From Planctomycetota bacterium (lineage in GTDB: Bacteria; Planctomycetota; UBA1135; UBA2386): a stretch of DNA of 64,000 nucleotides. This document shows positions 32,608-44,100 of the stretch, piece after piece (position 1 is the first letter of the stretch; the number at the start of each line of letters is the position of its first letter). The DNA lies in assembly GCA_965228735.1 (NCBI GenBank), contig OZ245838.1, positions 2,528,001 through 2,592,000 on the forward strand. Direction: 5' to 3'. A model generated the notes under the pieces. The model saw only the letters and a program-made list of their open reading frames with translations, ran no database searches and was not told the origin of the DNA. A program made the position numbers and the translations under genes.

Positions 32608-33540
32608 TCAGGTCAGCGACGCCGAACCGAGCAGCGAGTTCACAAGCTGCAGCACGCCGAACGCGACGGCCCCGAAGCCGAGCAGCACGGCCAGCGCGAC
32701 GAACGCCTGGCTGTTGGAGACCCGGTGCACCGCGCGGTAGAGCACGAGCGCGAAGATCGAGTTGCCGGCGATCATCACGCCGGTCGCGGCGTTCGTGTCG
32801 GGCACGGCCGCGATCTGCACACCGGCGAGGATCATCGTGACGACCGCGAGGCCGACGCTGCGGCCGAAGGCCGGATGCTCCGCGCCCGCTACGAGCACCG
32901 AGCTCTGGATCATCAGCGACAGTCCCGAGAACAGCAGCAGCCCGAGGCTGATCCACTGGAACGGGCTCGTCGGCCGGAGCCATGGGTACTGGCGTTCGAC
33001 GGCTTCGATTCGGCGACCGAACCGCGTCGTCGCGGCCGGCTTCGGCGTCGCCGGTTCGTTGGTCGGACGCGCAGCCGCGCCCTTCGCAGGATTCTTCGCC
33101 GCAGGATCACCCGCGGCAGCCGCGTCGGACTCCGACTCGGAGCCGTCCGACCCGTCGGCCTCGGTCGCCGGGTCATCGCCCTCGCCCTCACCTTCACCCG
33201 CCGGCACGGCGACCTCGCCGGCAGGCGCAGCCGGTGGCTGCGCCGCAGGATCGGTCGCGGGCCGCGGATCCTGAGAGCCGGACGGTTCGGCGGTCTCGGC
33301 CGCCGGGTCCGCTCCCGCCGCCGGCGCCGGCATCGGTTCGAAGCGGCACTGCTTGATGTCGCCCGCCGGGATCGTGACGATCTTGTTCCCGACGACGAGT
33401 TCGAGACCCTTCAGGTCCATGCCGACGACGCGGCCGACGACCTCGTTGCCGTTCTCGAGCAGTACATGAGCCCGGCGTTCCTGGGCTACCGCAGGCAACG
33501 ACAACCCGAGCAACATCGCGAACAGGATCCAGGCGCGCAT
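32608..33540 (-). CDS. Hypothetical membrane protein
   Basis: Signal peptide, VLLENGNEVVG small domain, Pro/Ala/acidic linker, four C-terminal TM segments. Confidence 0.7.
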   Translation of the reverse strand: MRAWILFAMLLGLSLPAVAQERRAHVLLENGNEVVGRVVGMDLKGLELVVGNKIVTIPAGDIKQCRFEPMPAPAAGADPAAETAEPSGSQDPRPATDPAAQPPAAPAGEVAVPAGEGEGEGDDPATEADGSDGSESESDAAAAGDPAAKNPAKGAAARPTNEPATPKPAATTRFGRRIEAVERQYPWLRPTSPFQWISLGLLLFSGLSLMIQSSVLVAGAEHPAFGRSVGLAVVTMILAGVQIAAVPDTNAATGVMIAGNSIFALVLYRAVHRVSNSQAFVALAVLLGFGAVAFGVLQLVNSLLGSASLT

Positions 33541-33595
33541 GTCCACAATTTCGGCAGATACCCCAACCAGCCTGAGCGCCTTGCGCTTGGACCCC

Positions 33596-34510
33596 ATGCG
33601 AACGTTCTTTGCGACCCTGATCTCCGGCCGCCTATGTCCGGGTCTCGTCCTTCTGGGCCTCGTCCTGGTGGGCGGCCTCGCGGCGCCGATGGCGGCGCAG
33701 GAACAGGGCCCCGAGAAGCCCGCCGATCTGGCCGCGCTCGCAGCCCTCGTCGACCGCGCCCACCACCCCGACGGGCCGGTCGAACCGATCGTCGGGTTCA
33801 AAGCCGCGTTGTCGATCGAGCTCGTGGCCGCCGAAGCGGAACAGGCCGGCCAGGTCGACCTCGGCGTGCGCTACCTGCGCCACCAGAGAGAGGGCCGCAA
33901 GCGCGCCACGCACTTCATCCGCTATGACGTGAAGGGCACGGACCGCGAGATCGAGCGCGGGTTCGACGCCTATGGCCCGTGGCAGCTCGAGCAGGGCAAA
34001 GCCGCGAACATCACGGAGGCCGACACCGAGGACCGCGCGGCATTGCGCGAGCACACGATGCTCGCGCGTCAGCTCGTGCGGTTCCTCGATCCGGCCGCGG
34101 TGCTGCGGTCGCTCGGTGACCCGACGCCGATCGCTGCTGGCGAGTACACCGTCGGGCGCCGGCAGGGGATTCCGTGCTGGGTCGTCGAAGGCAGCCTCGA
34201 GCGCTTCCCGCTGCAGCGCCTCGGCGGCGCCGAGCAAGCGGTCCGGCTCGAGGTCCTCGTGCGACAGAGCGACGGCCGCCTCATCGCCGTGCGCGCCACG
34301 CCCGTCGTGGCCGGCAAGCCGATCCCGGCGCAGGCCGAGATGGTACGGTTCGACAACTACAAGCCGAAGAACGGCCTGCTCGTGCCGAAGGGCCTCCTCG
34401 TGTCGCACCTCGATGCCGCCGGCAAGTGGCGATCGCAGTCGCGGGTGCTCGTCACGGAACTCGACCTTCGCCCCGAGCTCACGCCGGACGACTTCGCGCG
34501 GCCGAAGTAG
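33596..34510 (+). CDS. Secreted hypothetical protein, possibly LolA-like
   Basis: Signal peptide; ends RFDNYKPKNGLLVP...LTPDDFARP. Confidence 0.6.
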   Translation: MRTFFATLISGRLCPGLVLLGLVLVGGLAAPMAAQEQGPEKPADLAALAALVDRAHHPDGPVEPIVGFKAALSIELVAAEAEQAGQVDLGVRYLRHQREGRKRATHFIRYDVKGTDREIERGFDAYGPWQLEQGKAANITEADTEDRAALREHTMLARQLVRFLDPAAVLRSLGDPTPIAAGEYTVGRRQGIPCWVVEGSLERFPLQRLGGAEQAVRLEVLVRQSDGRLIAVRATPVVAGKPIPAQAEMVRFDNYKPKNGLLVPKGLLVSHLDAAGKWRSQSRVLVTELDLRPELTPDDFARPK

Positions 34511-34527
34511 CCCGATCCTCGCGCGGG

Positions 34528-36396
34528 TCAGCAGCGCCGTCGGAAGTAACGCTCGAGCTCGGCGCTGCTGAACGTGAGCACCGTCGGCCGCCCGTGCGGG
34601 CAGTTGTGCGGGTGCTCGAGCGTCGCGGCTTCGGCGAGCAGCGCCTCGATCTCGGGCTGCGTCAGGCGATCCCCGCTCATGATCGCGGAGCGGCAGGCCA
34701 TCGAGTGGAAGCGTTCGTGAATCTGGTCGTCGAGCTTGTTGCGGCCCTCGCCCGGCTCACCGTCGAGCAGTGCGCGCACCAGCTTCTCCGGGTCGGCGCG
34801 GTGCAGCACGGCCGGCAGCCCGTAGACCCCGACCGCGGCCGGGCCGAGCTGGTCGAGCAGCAGACCCGATTCGGCGAACGCGTCCTTGCACTCGAGCAGC
34901 CACTGCAGCTCGGTCGGTGAGACCTCGACGGGAGCTGGCGTCACGAGCCGCTGCACCGCGACGTTCTGCTCGGCGTGCGCGCGCTGCAGGCGTTCGTACA
35001 TCACGCGTTCGTGCAGCGCGTGCTGGTCGACGACCATGAGGCCGTCGGGGCCCTCGAGCAGCACGTAGAGGTCCATGATCTGCAGGAATCGCTGCACGCC
35101 GTGCTCGAACGGGTTGGGGCGGGCGGACTCCGCGCCCGGCGCCGGAGCCGCGGCCCCACCGCTCGCAGCCCCACCGCCAGCAGCGCGGTGCAGCGGCCGC
35201 TCGGCGGCCGCCGTCTCGCGTACGGTCGCCGCGCCGTCCGCGCCCGCGCCGGGACTCGACGCCGAACGCGACGGCATCGCCGGGTCGCCGAAGAGCCCGG
35301 CCGGCAACGGCCCAGGCGGAGACGTTGCGGCCGGCAGCTGCCCGCGGGGGAAGCCGGAGTGCGCGCGCGGCCGATCGGCATCGAGCACGACGCCGCCGGC
35401 CGACTGATGCAGACCGCGATCGGCGAGCGCTGCGCGCACGGTCTCGTGCAGGCACCCGGCGACGGCGCGCGAGTCGACGAAGCGCACCTCGGCCTTGCGC
35501 GGATGGATGTTCACGTCGACCTGCTCGGGCGGCAGCGTCACCTGCAGCGCGTAGATCGGGAAGCGCCCGCCCATCAGGTACTCGCGGTAGGCCTGCCGGA
35601 TCGCGAAGAACGCGCTCTTCTCGCGCGCGAGTCGGCCGTTGACGTAGCACAGCTCGAGCTTGCTGTCGCGGCGCGCGAGGTCGGGCTCGCCGATGATGCC
35701 CTCGACGGACAGCTGCGAGAACTGGCGCGACACCGGCAGCAGGCCCTTGCCGAGCCGCTGGCCGAAGCATCGCGTGAACCGTTCGGCGAGCGTCGCGTCG
35801 GCCGGCAGCCGCAGCACCTCCTTGCCCTCGACGACGAGCGTGAAGCCGACGTCGAGGCGCGCGAGCGACACCTCGGCGAGCATCTCCTGGACGCGCGCCT
35901 TCTCCGCGCCGGCCGTCTTGAGGAAGCGTCGTCGGGCCGGCACGTTGAAGAACAGGTCGCGGATCTCGATCGTCGTCCCGGTCGGGCAACCGCACGGCGC
36001 GGGCTCGGTCTCGCGCCCGCCCTCGGTGCGCACCTCCCACCCTTCGTCGTTGTCCGCGCGCCGGCTGCGGATCGTGGCGCGCGAGACGGCGCCGATCGAC
36101 GCGAGCGCCTCGCCGCGGAAGCCGAGGCTCGCGATGTGATCGAGGTCGTGCACCTCCGACAGTTTGCTCGTCGCGTGGCTCGCGAACGCGAGCGGCATGT
36201 CCTCCGGCAGAAAACCGTGCCCGTCGTCGATGATCCGGATGAGCTCCGCACCGCCTCCGGCGATCTCGATGCGCACCGACCGCGCGCCGGCGTCGAGCGA
36301 GTTCTCGACGAGCTCCTTCACGACGGAGCTCGGCCGCTCGACGACTTCGCCCGCCGCGATCTGGTTCACGACGGCCGTTGGCAGCTTCCTGATCAC
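34528..36396 (-). CDS. mutL: DNA mismatch repair endonuclease MutL
   Basis: IAAGEVVERP, LGFRGEAL, DQHALHER, ACR, CPHGRP. Confidence 0.98.
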   Translation of the reverse strand: MIRKLPTAVVNQIAAGEVVERPSSVVKELVENSLDAGARSVRIEIAGGGAELIRIIDDGHGFLPEDMPLAFASHATSKLSEVHDLDHIASLGFRGEALASIGAVSRATIRSRRADNDEGWEVRTEGGRETEPAPCGCPTGTTIEIRDLFFNVPARRRFLKTAGAEKARVQEMLAEVSLARLDVGFTLVVEGKEVLRLPADATLAERFTRCFGQRLGKGLLPVSRQFSQLSVEGIIGEPDLARRDSKLELCYVNGRLAREKSAFFAIRQAYREYLMGGRFPIYALQVTLPPEQVDVNIHPRKAEVRFVDSRAVAGCLHETVRAALADRGLHQSAGGVVLDADRPRAHSGFPRGQLPAATSPPGPLPAGLFGDPAMPSRSASSPGAGADGAATVRETAAAERPLHRAAGGGAASGGAAAPAPGAESARPNPFEHGVQRFLQIMDLYVLLEGPDGLMVVDQHALHERVMYERLQRAHAEQNVAVQRLVTPAPVEVSPTELQWLLECKDAFAESGLLLDQLGPAAVGVYGLPAVLHRADPEKLVRALLDGEPGEGRNKLDDQIHERFHSMACRSAIMSGDRLTQPEIEALLAEAATLEHPHNCPHGRPTVLTFSSAELERYFRRRC

Positions 36397-37589
36397 AGTT
36401 CGAGGTCCTTGCTGGTCGGAACGGGCGTGCCTTCGAACCAGTGCGACAAGAACCGCTCCAGCACGATCTCGGGGTCCTCGCCCTGCATGCGGATCATGCG
36501 CTGGCCGTGATGCAACGCGAGCAGGCCGCGGCGCAGCTGCGCGAGATCGTTCTTCTTCACCCCCGCGACGAAGCGCTCCTGGAACGCGCGCACGCCCATT
36601 CGACCGGCGAGGTCGCGCGACGACACGCCGCCGTCGAGCATCACGCGGCCCTCGTAGGTCTGCGCGAGCTGCTGGTAGAGCCAGCTCGACGCGAACGGGA
36701 ACAGGCCGCCGGCCTCCATCTTGCTGCCGTCGCGGCTCTTGACCCCGCGTGCGAACATCGCGGTGAGCGACCGCTGCGCGGCGCGGCGATCGCCTGCGAG
36801 CACCGCCTCGGCGAACTCGAACGGCGTCGATTCGAAGCCGATGTTGAGGTGCGCCTTGAGGTCGTCGGGCCGCAGCGCCGGCCGATTCTTGTCGCTGCCG
36901 AGCACGTCGCGCAGGCGGTGCAACTCGGCCACGAGTTCACCGGGCTGTTTGCTCACGCGGGCGACGATCGTCCACGCCGCCTCGGGCGTCAGCGGAATCC
37001 CGAGCCGCTTCGCGCGCGTCTCGACCCAGCCGCAGAGTTCGCCCTCGAGCGGGCCGCGCGCGCGGTCGTACGGCATCTCCCAGAGGTCGCGGAACTCGAA
37101 CACCGACCCCTTCTCGGTCCAGTGTTTGAGGAACGCCGAAACGGCGCGCTTGCGCTTCTCGAACTTGGGTGCTTCGAGGATCACGCCGCAACCCTCGCCG
37201 AACGTGTCGGCCTGTTCGACGAGCGTCGTCGCGAACTTGCCCCACCAGTTCTTCGCCCGCCGGACGCAGAGGAAGGCGCGCTTGGCGAAGAGGCCGCCAC
37301 CGCGGAGATCGAGCAGCTCCGGGCAGTCGCCGATGCCGACCTCGCCCGCGCTCGTCGCCGGCGCGTCGTCCTCGGCATCGTCGTCGTCGCTGCCGCCACG
37401 CGCCGGCCGCAGCTCCTGCGCATCGATGACGCGGAGGTCCGCTTCCTCGCCGACCGATGCGAGCAGGAGGTCGAGGGCCTCGCGGCGGAAGAAGTCGTTG
37501 CTGCCCATGATGACCGTGACCGCGGGCAGCCCCTGCTTGCCGAGCCGGGCAACGCGTTTCAGGACTTCTTCGGGGTGCGGAACGGCCAT
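36393..37589 (-). CDS. holA: DNA polymerase III subunit delta
   Basis: GSNDFFRREAL, GLFAKRAFLCV, GIPLTPEAA, ELHRL, FEFAEAVL; overlaps mutL start. Confidence 0.75.
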   Translation of the reverse strand: MAVPHPEEVLKRVARLGKQGLPAVTVIMGSNDFFRREALDLLLASVGEEADLRVIDAQELRPARGGSDDDDAEDDAPATSAGEVGIGDCPELLDLRGGGLFAKRAFLCVRRAKNWWGKFATTLVEQADTFGEGCGVILEAPKFEKRKRAVSAFLKHWTEKGSVFEFRDLWEMPYDRARGPLEGELCGWVETRAKRLGIPLTPEAAWTIVARVSKQPGELVAELHRLRDVLGSDKNRPALRPDDLKAHLNIGFESTPFEFAEAVLAGDRRAAQRSLTAMFARGVKSRDGSKMEAGGLFPFASSWLYQQLAQTYEGRVMLDGGVSSRDLAGRMGVRAFQERFVAGVKKNDLAQLRRGLLALHHGQRMIRMQGEDPEIVLERFLSHWFEGTPVPTSKDLEL

Positions 37590-38512
37590 CAGCGGAGCGG
37601 GGCGACGACGTAGAGATCGAGGCAGGCCGTGAGGAACAACACGACCGCGATCGCACCGTTGGCCGTGAAGAACGCGGCCTGGATGCGAGAGAGATCCGTC
37701 GGGCGCAGCAACCGATGTTGCCAGACGAGCAGGCCGGCGCCAAGCAGCAGCCCGACCGCGTAACCCGGGCCGAGCGGCGCCTGGTAACCGAACGCCGCAA
37801 ACAGCGCGAACGCCACGACGTGGAGCGCCCGACTGATCCACATGGCCCCGCGCGCGCCGAGGCGGGCCGGGATCGAGCGCAGCCCGTTCCGCTGATCGAA
37901 CGCGAGGTCCTGGCACGCGTAGAGGATGTCGAAGCCCGCGACCCAGAGCGCGACCCCGCCGCCGAGCATCACGGCGAGCCAGGTGGCTTCCGAGAGTTCG
38001 CCGGTGACCGCGACCCATGCCGCAACCGGCGAGATCCCGAGGGCGACGCCGAGCCACAGATGGCAGAGCGCGGAGAAGCGCTTCACATGGCTGTAGGCGA
38101 GCAGCCAGCCGAGCGTCGGGATCCCGAGCCAGAAGCACAGCGGCGCGAGCAGCCAGCAAACCGCGAGGAACACCGCGCCACTGACGAGCGTGAGCAGCAG
38201 CGCCTGCCGCGGGCGAATCACCCCGGCCGGAATCTCGCGGCCGGCGGTGCGCGGGTTCGCCGCGTCGATCGCACGATCGGCGTAGCGGTTGTAGGCCATG
38301 GCAGCCGTGCGCGCACTGACGACGGCGGCGACGACGAGCAGGAGCGTGCGAAAGCCCGGCGCCCCCGCCGATGCCACGAGCAACGCGAGCAACGCGAATG
38401 GCAACGCGAAGATCGAGTGCGAGAGCTTGACCAGTGACGCGTAGTCGCGCAGGCCGGGCCGACCCGACCCCGCACGCTCGTTCTGCGCGACGTTCGAATC
38501 GGCAGCGCTCAC
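37589..38512 (-). CDS. ubiA: UbiA-family prenyltransferase (MqnP-like)
   Basis: HSIFALPF, MAYNRYADRAIDAANPRT, GFDILYACQD. Confidence 0.9.
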   Translation of the reverse strand: MSAADSNVAQNERAGSGRPGLRDYASLVKLSHSIFALPFALLALLVASAGAPGFRTLLLVVAAVVSARTAAMAYNRYADRAIDAANPRTAGREIPAGVIRPRQALLLTLVSGAVFLAVCWLLAPLCFWLGIPTLGWLLAYSHVKRFSALCHLWLGVALGISPVAAWVAVTGELSEATWLAVMLGGGVALWVAGFDILYACQDLAFDQRNGLRSIPARLGARGAMWISRALHVVAFALFAAFGYQAPLGPGYAVGLLLGAGLLVWQHRLLRPTDLSRIQAAFFTANGAIAVVLFLTACLDLYVVAPLR

Positions 38513-39177
38513 TCGTCCTCGCCCTCCTGGAACGGCGAACCATCGCGCGCGGTCGGGGTCTTCCACCGCCGGAACAGCTCGTGTTCGAGACCCAGGCGAT
38601 CGAGGATCTTGCCGACGACGAAATCGACGAGCTCGCCGATCGACTGCGGCCGGTGGTAGAAGCCCGGCATCGCGGGGAGCACGACGACGCCGAGCCGCGC
38701 GAGCTTGAGCATGTTCTCGAGGTGGATGACCGACAGCGGCGTCTCGCGCGGCACGACGACGAGCGGTCGCCCTTCCTTGATCGCGACGTCCGCGGCGCGT
38801 TCGACGAGGTTGCTCGACCAGCCGTGCGCAACGCGCGCGAGCGTGCCCATGCTGCACGGCACGATGACCGTGGCGTGCAGCCTGGCGCTGCCCGACGCCG
38901 GCGTCGACTCCACGGCTCCGAGGGCGTGGACGGTGAGCCGCGACCGCAACGCGGCCGGGAAGAGCGCCGCGAGGTCGTGGACGTCCTCGACGCCGGCTTC
39001 GTGACGCAGCACCCGCCGCGCGGCGCCCGTCGCCGTGAGGTGCACCTCGTGACCGAGCTCGAGCAGGGCCTCGACGAGGCGCTGGCCGTAGGCGACGCCG
39101 CTGCCGCCGCTCCAGCAGACGGCGAAGCGCTGCGGGCTCGCCGCCGGTCGGTCGGTCACGTTCGTATCGTCGACCAT
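38509..39177 (-). CDS. ubiX: Flavin prenyltransferase UbiX
   Basis: SGGSG, PASGS, PCSMGTL, VPRETPL, PAMPGFY. Confidence 0.95.
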   Translation of the reverse strand: MVDDTNVTDRPAASPQRFAVCWSGGSGVAYGQRLVEALLELGHEVHLTATGAARRVLRHEAGVEDVHDLAALFPAALRSRLTVHALGAVESTPASGSARLHATVIVPCSMGTLARVAHGWSSNLVERAADVAIKEGRPLVVVPRETPLSVIHLENMLKLARLGVVVLPAMPGFYHRPQSIGELVDFVVGKILDRLGLEHELFRRWKTPTARDGSPFQEGEDE

Positions 39178-39182
39178 TCGAC

Positions 39183-40001
39183 TCACGCGGGCTGGGTCAG
39201 GTAATAGTGCACGTCGTAGAGCGTGTGCGTGTAGACGCAGACACCGTAGCCCCGGAACCACATGAGCAGGCCGAGCAGGATGCCGGCCATCGTGCGGAAC
39301 ACGAAGCGTGTCTGGTCGAACGGCTCGCCGCACAGGTGGTGGAACCACGAGAACACGAGCGCGCTGCCCAGCACGGCGAGGACGCCGACGATCCACTTCG
39401 GCAGGCTCCACGCGCGGATCGCGCGCACGCCGATCCACACGAGCACGGACATGAGGCCGAGTCGGAACACCAGTTCTTCGAAGATGCCGGCGCCGAGCGA
39501 TCCGACCAGGTCGAGCACGAGCTCGTTCGAGTCTCCGATCGGACCGGGGACGGCTGCGTTCCCGAACGGGGCGCCGATCTCGAGCAACCGAACGGCAGAC
39601 GACGTCATCGCGGCCGCACTCGGGCCGAGCAGCAGGCCGTAGACGGTGCCTTCGAGCGCGAGCACGGCGGCGACGCGCAGCCATGGCACGTTCCGGCGCA
39701 GCAACGAGCGCGCGGCGAGGAACAGCAGCACGGCGAAGCTCACGCGCAACGCGAGCAGTCCGTACCAGCCGAGCCGACCGACCTCCTGCAGGAGCAGGAC
39801 CTCGGCGCCGTTGCGATCCTGTGGCGCGAGCCAGAGGCGCAGGCTCTCGTAGAGCACCCACAGCGGCAGCACCGCGAAGAGCCCGACCGCCGGGTCCGCC
39901 GACCAGGCGAGGTAGCCAGTCGCTGGCCGGGCAATCTGACCCTTGCCCTTGGCCTTGGCGCGGCCACCCGTCGCCTGCTTGTCAGCGCGTGACTTCGCCA
40001 C
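39183..40001 (-). CDS. CPBP-family intramembrane glutamic endopeptidase
   Basis: AGIFEELVFR, FSWFHH, HTLYD. Confidence 0.88.
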   Translation of the reverse strand: MAKSRADKQATGGRAKAKGKGQIARPATGYLAWSADPAVGLFAVLPLWVLYESLRLWLAPQDRNGAEVLLLQEVGRLGWYGLLALRVSFAVLLFLAARSLLRRNVPWLRVAAVLALEGTVYGLLLGPSAAAMTSSAVRLLEIGAPFGNAAVPGPIGDSNELVLDLVGSLGAGIFEELVFRLGLMSVLVWIGVRAIRAWSLPKWIVGVLAVLGSALVFSWFHHLCGEPFDQTRFVFRTMAGILLGLLMWFRGYGVCVYTHTLYDVHYYLTQPA

Positions 40002-40701
40002 GGTAGAGGGCCGCGATGCCGCCCGTGAGGATCGACTGCCGCGGCGCCGAGAGTCCGGCGGCGGTCATGAGCTCGAGGAACCGTTCACGTTCGGGGAACG
40101 CCTGCACCGAGTCGTGCAGGTACTGATACGCATCGCACCGCGCCCCGGAGATCCAGCCGCCGAGCTTCGGCAACACGCGGTTGAAGTAGAACGAATAGAC
40201 CGAGCGGAACACGGGCGCCTTCGGCCGACAGAACTCGAGCACGAGCACGCGCCCACCGGGCTTCACCACCCGCGCCATCTCACGCAGCCCGGCCAGCGGA
40301 TCCGCCACGTTCCGGATCCCGAACGCCACGGTCGCGAAGTCGAACGTCGAATCGCCGAACGGCAACGCCAGCGTGTCCGCCGCGAGAAACTCGGGCGGCC
40401 CCGCGACCACCGAACCGGCAGCCGCACTGCGCACCACCCCCCGCTTGTCGTGCGCCCGCACCAGCATCGGCGCACAGAAGTCCGTCGCGATCACCCGAGC
40501 GCCGGCCCGCTCCAGAGCGAACGCCAGATCCCCGGTCCCCGAACACGCATCGAGTCCCAGCTCCCCCGCCTTCGCCCCGACGAACCGCACCGCCCGCCGC
40601 CGCCAATACCGATCGACCCCGAACGACAGCGCCAGATTGGCCCGGTCATACCCCGGCGCCACCTCGGCAAACATCCGCTGAATCGTCCCGCCATCCGGCA
40701 T
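39982..40701 (-). CDS. ubiE: Ubiquinone/menaquinone methyltransferase UbiE/MenG
   Basis: YDRANLALSFG, LDACSGTGDLA, AFGIRNV, MARVVKPGG. Confidence 0.95.
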   Translation of the reverse strand: MPDGGTIQRMFAEVAPGYDRANLALSFGVDRYWRRRAVRFVGAKAGELGLDACSGTGDLAFALERAGARVIATDFCAPMLVRAHDKRGVVRSAAAGSVVAGPPEFLAADTLALPFGDSTFDFATVAFGIRNVADPLAGLREMARVVKPGGRVLVLEFCRPKAPVFRSVYSFYFNRVLPKLGGWISGARCDAYQYLHDSVQAFPERERFLELMTAAGLSAPRQSILTGGIAALYRGEVTR

Positions 40702-40822
40702 CGTCGAACCACCATAAGCCGAGACCAAACCCGATCCCAGGCACCCCCGGACAACCCGCAACCACCCCCCGAATTCCGGGGGCGGGCGGGCGGGACGGAA
40801 AGAGAGGAGGCCAAACCAACAG

Positions 40823-40863
<41 letters not shown>

Positions 40864-41110
40864 TGGCCACGCCCCGTAAGCCTCCTACTCCCCCCGGCGC
40901 CTGCGCCGCAGCCTCCTGCCGCGCGCGTTCCACGAGCCCCCCACCCGCGCCCCGGCCCGCCAAAACCCAAAGCGCGCGCCCACCCGCAAGCAAGGTGGAA
41001 CGCGCGCACCCGTCACTGCGTGCGGGCGCCAGTTGCTCTAGCTCCCCGCCGAGTGGGCATTCGCCCAGCAGTGACGACAATCGCAGTAACGATCGCGCGA
41101 AGCGCGAGCG

Positions 41111-44100
41111 TTACTGCCGCCAGTAGTCCGCCACCACGCGAACACCCGGCACATCGATCGTCGCGATGCGCGTGCCGGTCTCGACCTCGATGACGTCGAC
41201 CTTGCCGACGTCCGAGAGCGCGATGAACAGGAACTGCGGGACGTTCGCGATGATGGCTGCGTTGATGCCCTGCTTGACCACGTGCTTACCCGAGTGGTTG
41301 TACGGGGTCGTCGTGAACGCTGCCGAGAACGGCGTCGTCTGACCGAGCAGGCCACCGCTGTTGAACAGGTTGTCGGTCCCGATATCGATGATCGAGTTGC
41401 CGCTGAGGAACTGCCCCGAAGCGACGGTCGAGTTGCTGCCACCGAACCGCTGCGTGACGGTCCATTCCTTCTGGCGATACGTCGGCGGCAGGATGAAGCC
41501 ACCGATGTTCGGGTTGAGCGGCTGCTGACCGACCGGCGTGCTGGTCAGCCACAGACGCGACACCTGACCGAGGCCGGTGTCGTCGATGTGACCGACGAGG
41601 ACGCCGCCCTGCGTGGCCTGGTGATCGAACTGCAGCGCGCGCGCCCGCGGGAACGAGACGTTGGTCACGGCACCGACGATGTCGTTGAACCCGTAGCCGT
41701 TGATGCCGTCCGGGCCGGACTCGTAGATCGCGACCGTGCCGGTCTCGTTGAGGATGTAGGCGTAGTAGACGCCCGACAGGTTGCCGGTCAGCTGGTAACG
41801 CTCCGTCGCGACGATGTCGATCGGGCGATTCATGAAGCCCGACACCGTGCGCCTGACCGTGAAGTCGAACGCACTGATGACGGTCATCGCGTTGGCGTCC
41901 GTCGAGACGACGAGAATGTCCTCGCCATCCGGCTGCCAGGCCACGGCCGTCGGGCCGCGCTCGACGGAGGTCTCGGTGACCACCGTGTTGAAGTTCTGGC
42001 TCAGCGGGTTGATGTCGATGAAGCTGACCGACGCGCTCGCGAAGTTGGTGACCGCGAGGCGAGTCATGTTCGGCGACATCGCCATGCTGACCGGGTCCGA
42101 CAACGGGATCGTGTCGAGCACCGTGAAGCGGTTGCTGTTCACGACGACGACCTGGCGGTTGTCGCGATCGAGCACGTAGAGGAAGTGACCGATCTGCTGC
42201 CGCGCGGTGAACGGGCAGAACGGCGGCGGCGGCGGCGGCGAGCCGGGCGGCGGCTGCGGGCCGACGAACACGCCGGTGAACTGCGTGCCGAAGATGCCGA
42301 CCTGCCCCTGCTGGTTCGCGAACGGGTTGCCCACGACCAGTGAGTTCAGCGGCGAGACGATGCAACCAGCCGGCGGACCACCGGTCACGAGCGTGCCGAT
42401 CGGGCCCGTCGCCGACGCCGTCGTCGGCTCCTCACCGAAGATCGCGCGGTTGGGGTTCGGCGGCGGGAACACGAGCCGCGGCGGGTTCGGGATCGGCGGC
42501 TGGTGGATCGTGTTGCCCGGCTCCTGCGTGCCCAGCAGCTGGTTGATCTGGTTGAAGCGGGCCGCGTTGCGGTTGATGTTCTCGTTGTTGAACACGAGAT
42601 CGAGCGGCGCACCGATGTGGATGTCGGTCACGTCACCGACGACCGGATCGCGCAGCAGACGCGTCTCGCCGTTGGTGTCCTGCGTCAGCGTGAAGACGCC
42701 CGCACTGCCCGCGTCGAGGTTGCTCGTGCCCGGAGCCAGCGGCGGCGTGACGCCCGTGATGCCGATGTTGGGGTTGAGCGGGAACCGCGTGTTGTTGATG
42801 TCACCCGTGCCCTGGCCGAGGCCGTTGAGGTCGATGACCGACACGCCCGGCTCCGCGCCGCCGATGCCGACGTAGACCGCCTCGGGCGCGACCGGCGCGT
42901 TGACGATGCCCGGGCCGGTGCCCGTCGTGAACTGGGTCGTCACCGGCTGACCGACGGTCATGCCGGTGAGGCTGTTGATCGTCGTGTTCTGGACCTGGAT
43001 GTCGACCGGCGAGTTGCCCGGCAGGCTGTAGGCCGGCGTGATGTTGTAGTTCATCAGGTCGCCGAAGCTGACCGGATCCGCGTGATAGAGCACCGCGAAG
43101 GTGTTCGCCGCGGCGGTCACCTGCAGCGTCAGGCCGCCCGTCGCCGGGGTGAACTGCGCGGGATCGAAGAACGAGCCGACCTCACCCGGCTGCACCGGCT
43201 TGTTGAACCGGACGAGGATCGTCGACGTCGGATCGATGCCCGTCTGGCCGTTGCCCGGGATGATCTGCGGCGTGTTGAGGAAGCCGAGCACCTGCGGCGG
43301 GTTGGTGTCGACACCAACCGTCGTGGCGACACCGACCTCCGCGTCGAGGATGTCGTTCTCCGTGTCGCGCACCGCGTTGGTGACGACGATGCGGATCAGC
43401 CGGTTGGCCGGGAACGTCTCGATGGACGTCAGATCGTTGTTGGTGTCCGCGACGAACACGAACGACTTCTTGCCGACGAGGTCGGCCGCGCCCGCGTAGG
43501 ACGGGAAACCGTTCGCCCGCGCATCGAGCACCCGGATACCGCTGCCGTCCGCCTCGACCGCCTGGACCTTTTCCAGCACGCCACCCACGTTGTAGTAGGT
43601 GAAGCCGTTGACGAAGCCACGGCCCCGGAGCGTCGTCGACGTCTCGGTCGCCGGATCGTAGGCCAGCAGGTTGAGCGCACCCGTCAGCCCCGAGTTGCTC
43701 TGGTTGGCGAGCAGGTTGCTGAGGATCGAGTCCACGTCGAGCTTGTGGCTGAACGTGAAGTGCAGGAAGTGGTTGCCGGGGTTGCCGTCGGGCAGCAGCG
43801 CGGTCGTCGCGAGCGCCGCGACCGGGAGCACGCCGTTGCTGCCGTTGACGTTGTCCTGCAGCTGCGTCTCGGTCTCGATGTTGATGACGTTGGTCGTCGG
43901 GTTACCGAACGAGTCGACGGTGCGGATGCGGTACGGATACACCGCGCCCGTGCCCGTGCTGATGCTGACAACTTTGAAATCGCCGCGGTTGTCCGGGTCA
44001 CCCTTGGTGCCGCCTTCACAGCCGCCGAGGGCGAGCGGCAGCGAGAGCGAGGCGAACAGGGCCAAACCGGCGAGAGAGCGCGCGGGCGATCTGGATTGGG

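Noticed and set aside
36393..39861. Long N-terminal extensions on holA, ubiA and ubiX in the ORF track
   Set aside because: They overlap upstream genes in other frames; real starts are at the stop/start overlaps.
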